DNA of 7,468 nucleotides from a virus (Duplodnaviria; Heunggongvirae; Uroviricota; Caudoviricetes): IMG/VR virus record IMGVR_UViG_2541047500_000013; one strand, 5' to 3'. Shown piece by piece: positions 5,954 to 7,468 of this stretch (position 1 is its first letter; each line of letters starts with the position of its first letter). The notes under the pieces were generated by a model. It saw only the letters and a program-made list of their open reading frames with translations, ran no database searches and was not told where the DNA came from. The position numbers and the translations under genes were made by a program.

Positions 5954-5983
5954 TCCTCGTCCTTCAGGACGTGGATTCTTTTT
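5954..5983 (+). terminator. Intrinsic terminator of the binding-protein gene
   Basis: Hairpin 5954..5975 (TCCTCGTCC / GGACGTGGA, loop TTCA, one internal mismatch) followed immediately by TTCTTTTT, starting 3 nt after the TGA stop. Confidence 0.5.
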
Positions 5984-6070
5984 CCGGATGCCGCGCCAGC
6001 GGCATGTAGGGGCAGCTCACAAAACGGAAAAAATTGTACGCTAAGCCTCGCCAGGTGAACTGAATTCATT

Positions 6071-6094
6071 CCGATATGGGAATTCCCATATCGG
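6071..6094. repeat. Perfect 24-bp palindrome CCGATATGGGAATTCCCATATCGG upstream of the hok promoter
   Basis: Exactly self-complementary, centred on GAATTC. No adjacent U-tract on either strand. Lies roughly 10-60 bp upstream of the putative hok -35. Confidence 0.5.
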
Positions 6095-6104
6095 GCGAAA
6101 ACGG

Positions 6105-6133
6105 TTTGCTGTAACGGCAGAGTTAAGTAGGAT
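6105..6133 (+). promoter_or_regulatory. Putative hok/mok promoter (-35 TTTGCT 6105..6110; -10 TAGGAT 6128..6133)
   Basis: 17-nt spacer. Predicted start near 6138-6140 coincides with the 5' element that pairs with the mRNA 3' end, and gives an mRNA of about 400 nt to the terminator at 6537. Confidence 0.4.
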
Positions 6134-6136
6134 TGC

Positions 6137-6151
6137 TGCGGGTGCTTGAGG
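6137..6151 (+). promoter_or_regulatory. hok mRNA 5' element (tac/ucb-like) complementary to the 3' element at 6492..6507 (fbi-like)
   Basis: TGCGGGTGC-TTGAGG (6137..6151) pairs with CCTCAA-c-GCACCCGCA (6492..6507): 15 bp with one bulge. This is the long-range 5'/3' pairing characteristic of full-length hok-family mRNAs. Confidence 0.55.
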
Positions 6152-6229
6152 CTATCTGCCTCGGGCATGAACACCAACGGCAGATAGATAAAAGCCCCAC
6201 CCGACTATAAATCGAAGTGAGGCCCCTAT

Positions 6230-6442
6230 ATGCTCGTCACATATAGATTGCCTCTTACGGACCGAAAGGTCAAGGAGAAGCAGGCTATGAAGCAGCAAAA
6301 GGCGATGTTAATCGCCCTGATCGTCATCTGTTTAATCGTCATAGTGACGGCACTGGTAACGAGGAAAGACCTCTGCGAGGTACGAATCCGAACCGGCCAG
6401 ACGGAGGTCGCTGTCTTCACAGCTTACGAACCTGAGGAGTAA
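6230..6442 (+). CDS. mok: mok-like reading frame (N-terminal extension in frame with hok), 70 aa
   Basis: ATG 6230 with GAGG 7 nt upstream. Shares frame and stop with hok, as recalled for mokC/hokC in E. coli K-12. Confidence 0.55.
   Translation: MLVTYRLPLTDRKVKEKQAMKQQKAMLIALIVICLIVIVTALVTRKDLCEVRIRTGQTEVAVFTAYEPEE
6287..6442 (+). CDS. hok: Hok-family type I toxin (HokD/RelF-like), 51 aa
   Basis: RBS AAGGAG (6272..6277) then ATG 6287. MKQQKAMLIALIVICLIVIVTALVTRKDLCEVRIRTGQTEVAVFTAYEPEE is a single-pass membrane peptide near-identical to HokD as recalled. Confidence 0.9.
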   Translation: MKQQKAMLIALIVICLIVIVTALVTRKDLCEVRIRTGQTEVAVFTAYEPEE

Positions 6443-6510
6443 GAGACCAGGCGGGGGAGAAATCCCTCGCCACCTCTGATGTGTCAGGCATCCTCAACGC
6501 ACCCGCACTT

Positions 6511-6537
6511 AACCCGCTTCGGCGGGTTTTGTTTTTT
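6511..6537 (+). terminator. Intrinsic terminator of the hok mRNA
   Basis: AACCCGC-TTCG-GCGGGTT hairpin (6511..6528, UUCG tetraloop) followed by TTTTGTTTTTT. Confidence 0.75.
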
Positions 6538-6609
6538 CTGGTCGTTCTGGTTTACAATCCATCCGTCAGCCTGAACAACTGGCACCTGCTGCGCCAGCAG
6601 AGAAAACAG

Positions 6610-6888
6610 ATGGCGCACGATACCAAATTTTACAATTCGGATAACTCTGCCGCCCCTGCCAGCAGGCACGGGCGGCGTTCTCATGCATTCAAATCTGACT
6701 GGTATCAGCACGACCCCTGCACCGAAGAACAGGCTGAATGGCTGATTCAGTGTTACCGCAGGCGCGGATACGAGGTTAAGAAAGCCCTCAGTCTCGATTA
6801 TCGTCACTGGATAATCTCCGTCAGGCTTCCTTACTCCGAACGCCCACCGCGTCCGTCCCGCACATTCCAGCAACGCATCTGGAGGTAA
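6610..6888 (+). CDS. Small basic hypothetical protein, 92 aa (at the position of rem in Qin-type prophages)
   Basis: ATG 6610 (MAHDTKFYNSDNSAAPASRHGRRSHAF...) is preferred over the track's GTG 6481 start, which would overlap the hok terminator. Stop TAA 6886..6888 sits against the next gene's SD. Confidence 0.55.
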   Translation: MAHDTKFYNSDNSAAPASRHGRRSHAFKSDWYQHDPCTEEQAEWLIQCYRRRGYEVKKALSLDYRHWIISVRLPYSERPPRPSRTFQQRIWR

Positions 6889-6889
6889 C

Positions 6890-7468
6890 GTGCGGGTATT
6901 ACTTCGACCTGTTCTGGTACCGGAACTCGGGCTGGTGATCGTTAAGCCGGGCCGTGAATCCATGCCGGTATTCCACAATACCCGGGTACTGGTGGAGCCG
7001 GAACCGAAAAGCATGCGTAATCTGCCGTCCGGGGTCGTTCCTGCCGTTCGCCAGCCGCTGGCGGAAGATAAATCACTACTGCCATTTTTCAGCGATGAGC
7101 GGGTGATCCGTGCTGCGGGTGGCGCTGGTGCACTGTCTGACTGGTTATTACGTCACGTGAAATCCTGCCAGTGGCTACACGGTGATTATCATCACAGCGA
7201 AACCGTCATTCACCGTTACGGTACCGGCGCGATGGTGTTGTGCTGGCACTGCGACAACCAGCTGCGGGAGCAGACATCTGATTCACTGGATCAACTTGCT
7301 CAACAGAATCTGGCCGCCTGGATGATTGACATCATCCGTCACGCAATGAATGGCGCACAGGAGCGTGAATTATCTCTGGCTGAATTATCCTGGTGGGCGG
7401 TCCGCAATCAGGTGGCGGACGCGCTACCGGAAGCGGTATTACGTCGTTCGCTGGGGTTGCGTGCGGAA
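6890..7468 (+). CDS. DUF968-like prophage protein (YdfU-like), N-terminal 193 codons; continues beyond window end
   Basis: GTG 6890 preceded by GGAGG (6881..6885). Open through the last base of the window. Begins MRVLLRPVLVPELGLVIVKPGRE... and contains the Cys/His cluster CQWLHGDYHH...CWHCDNQ. Absent from the track because no stop lies in the window. Confidence 0.7.
   Translation, partial: MRVLLRPVLVPELGLVIVKPGRESMPVFHNTRVLVEPEPKSMRNLPSGVVPAVRQPLAEDKSLLPFFSDERVIRAAGGAGALSDWLLRHVKSCQWLHGDYHHSETVIHRYGTGAMVLCWHCDNQLREQTSDSLDQLAQQNLAAWMIDIIRHAMNGAQERELSLAELSWWAVRNQVADALPEAVLRRSLGLRAE

Larger units (their letters stand above)
1..7468. mobile_element. Lambdoid prophage immunity/replication/early-right region (internal fragment; no att sites or integrase in window)
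   Basis: Gene order of repressor / divergent cro-like / CII-position / O-like / P-like / hok / DUF968-like matches the lambdoid early region. Protein similarities are recalled (DicA, DicC, DnaT C-terminus, lambda P, HokD). Confidence 0.85.

Noticed and set aside
6062-6084. Two GAATTC sites with the palindrome, and the AAGCTT pair near 763..780, as possible cloning-vector junctions
   Set aside because: The flanking sequence is continuous prophage DNA with no vector-like features. Restriction-site palindromes occur by chance inside natural inverted repeats.
5477-6420. Minus-strand ORFs 5477..5695, 5917..6177 and 6226..6420
   Set aside because: Antisense to the binding-protein gene, the hok leader and the hok gene respectively. 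The Sok antisense product is an RNA, not a protein.
6481-6609. GTG 6481 as the start of the 135-aa track ORF
   Set aside because: It would begin inside the hok 3' region and terminator and lacks an RBS. ATG 6610 is the more plausible start.
6484-7014. Minus-strand ORF 6484..7014 (176 aa)
   Set aside because: Antisense to the rem-position and DUF968-like genes, with no RBS. Gly/Arg/Pro-rich translation typical of a reverse frame.

Overview
This 7.5 kb window reads as an internal slice of a lambdoid (Qin/Rac-type) prophage from an Escherichia-like enterobacterial genome; both prophage ends lie outside the window. Left to right: two leftward early genes of unknown function (the first truncated by the window edge); a DicA-like repressor transcribed divergently from a DicC/Cro-like gene across an intergenic region with three copies of a 14-bp operator motif, which recurs twice downstream of the repressor gene at a PL-like promoter; a CII-position gene; an O-like replication initiator (N-terminal HTH plus C-terminal DnaT-like domain) with an iteron-type origin embedded in its linker; a lambda-P-like helicase loader overlapping O out of frame; a winged-helix gene interrupted by an in-frame amber codon; a visibly AT-rich cargo block (small coupled ORF, decayed fimbrial-subunit-like remnants, an orphan secreted ModA-like binding protein with its own RBS and terminator); an intact hok/mok type I toxin locus with recognisable mRNA 5'/3' complementarity and terminator; and a small basic protein followed by a DUF968-like protein running off the right edge. 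No rRNA, tRNA, CRISPR array, integrase or IS element was found. The best candidate for something undescribed is the cargo block at 4330-5951, above all the orphan secreted binding-protein-fold gene. All homology statements are from memory of protein families, not from database searches.
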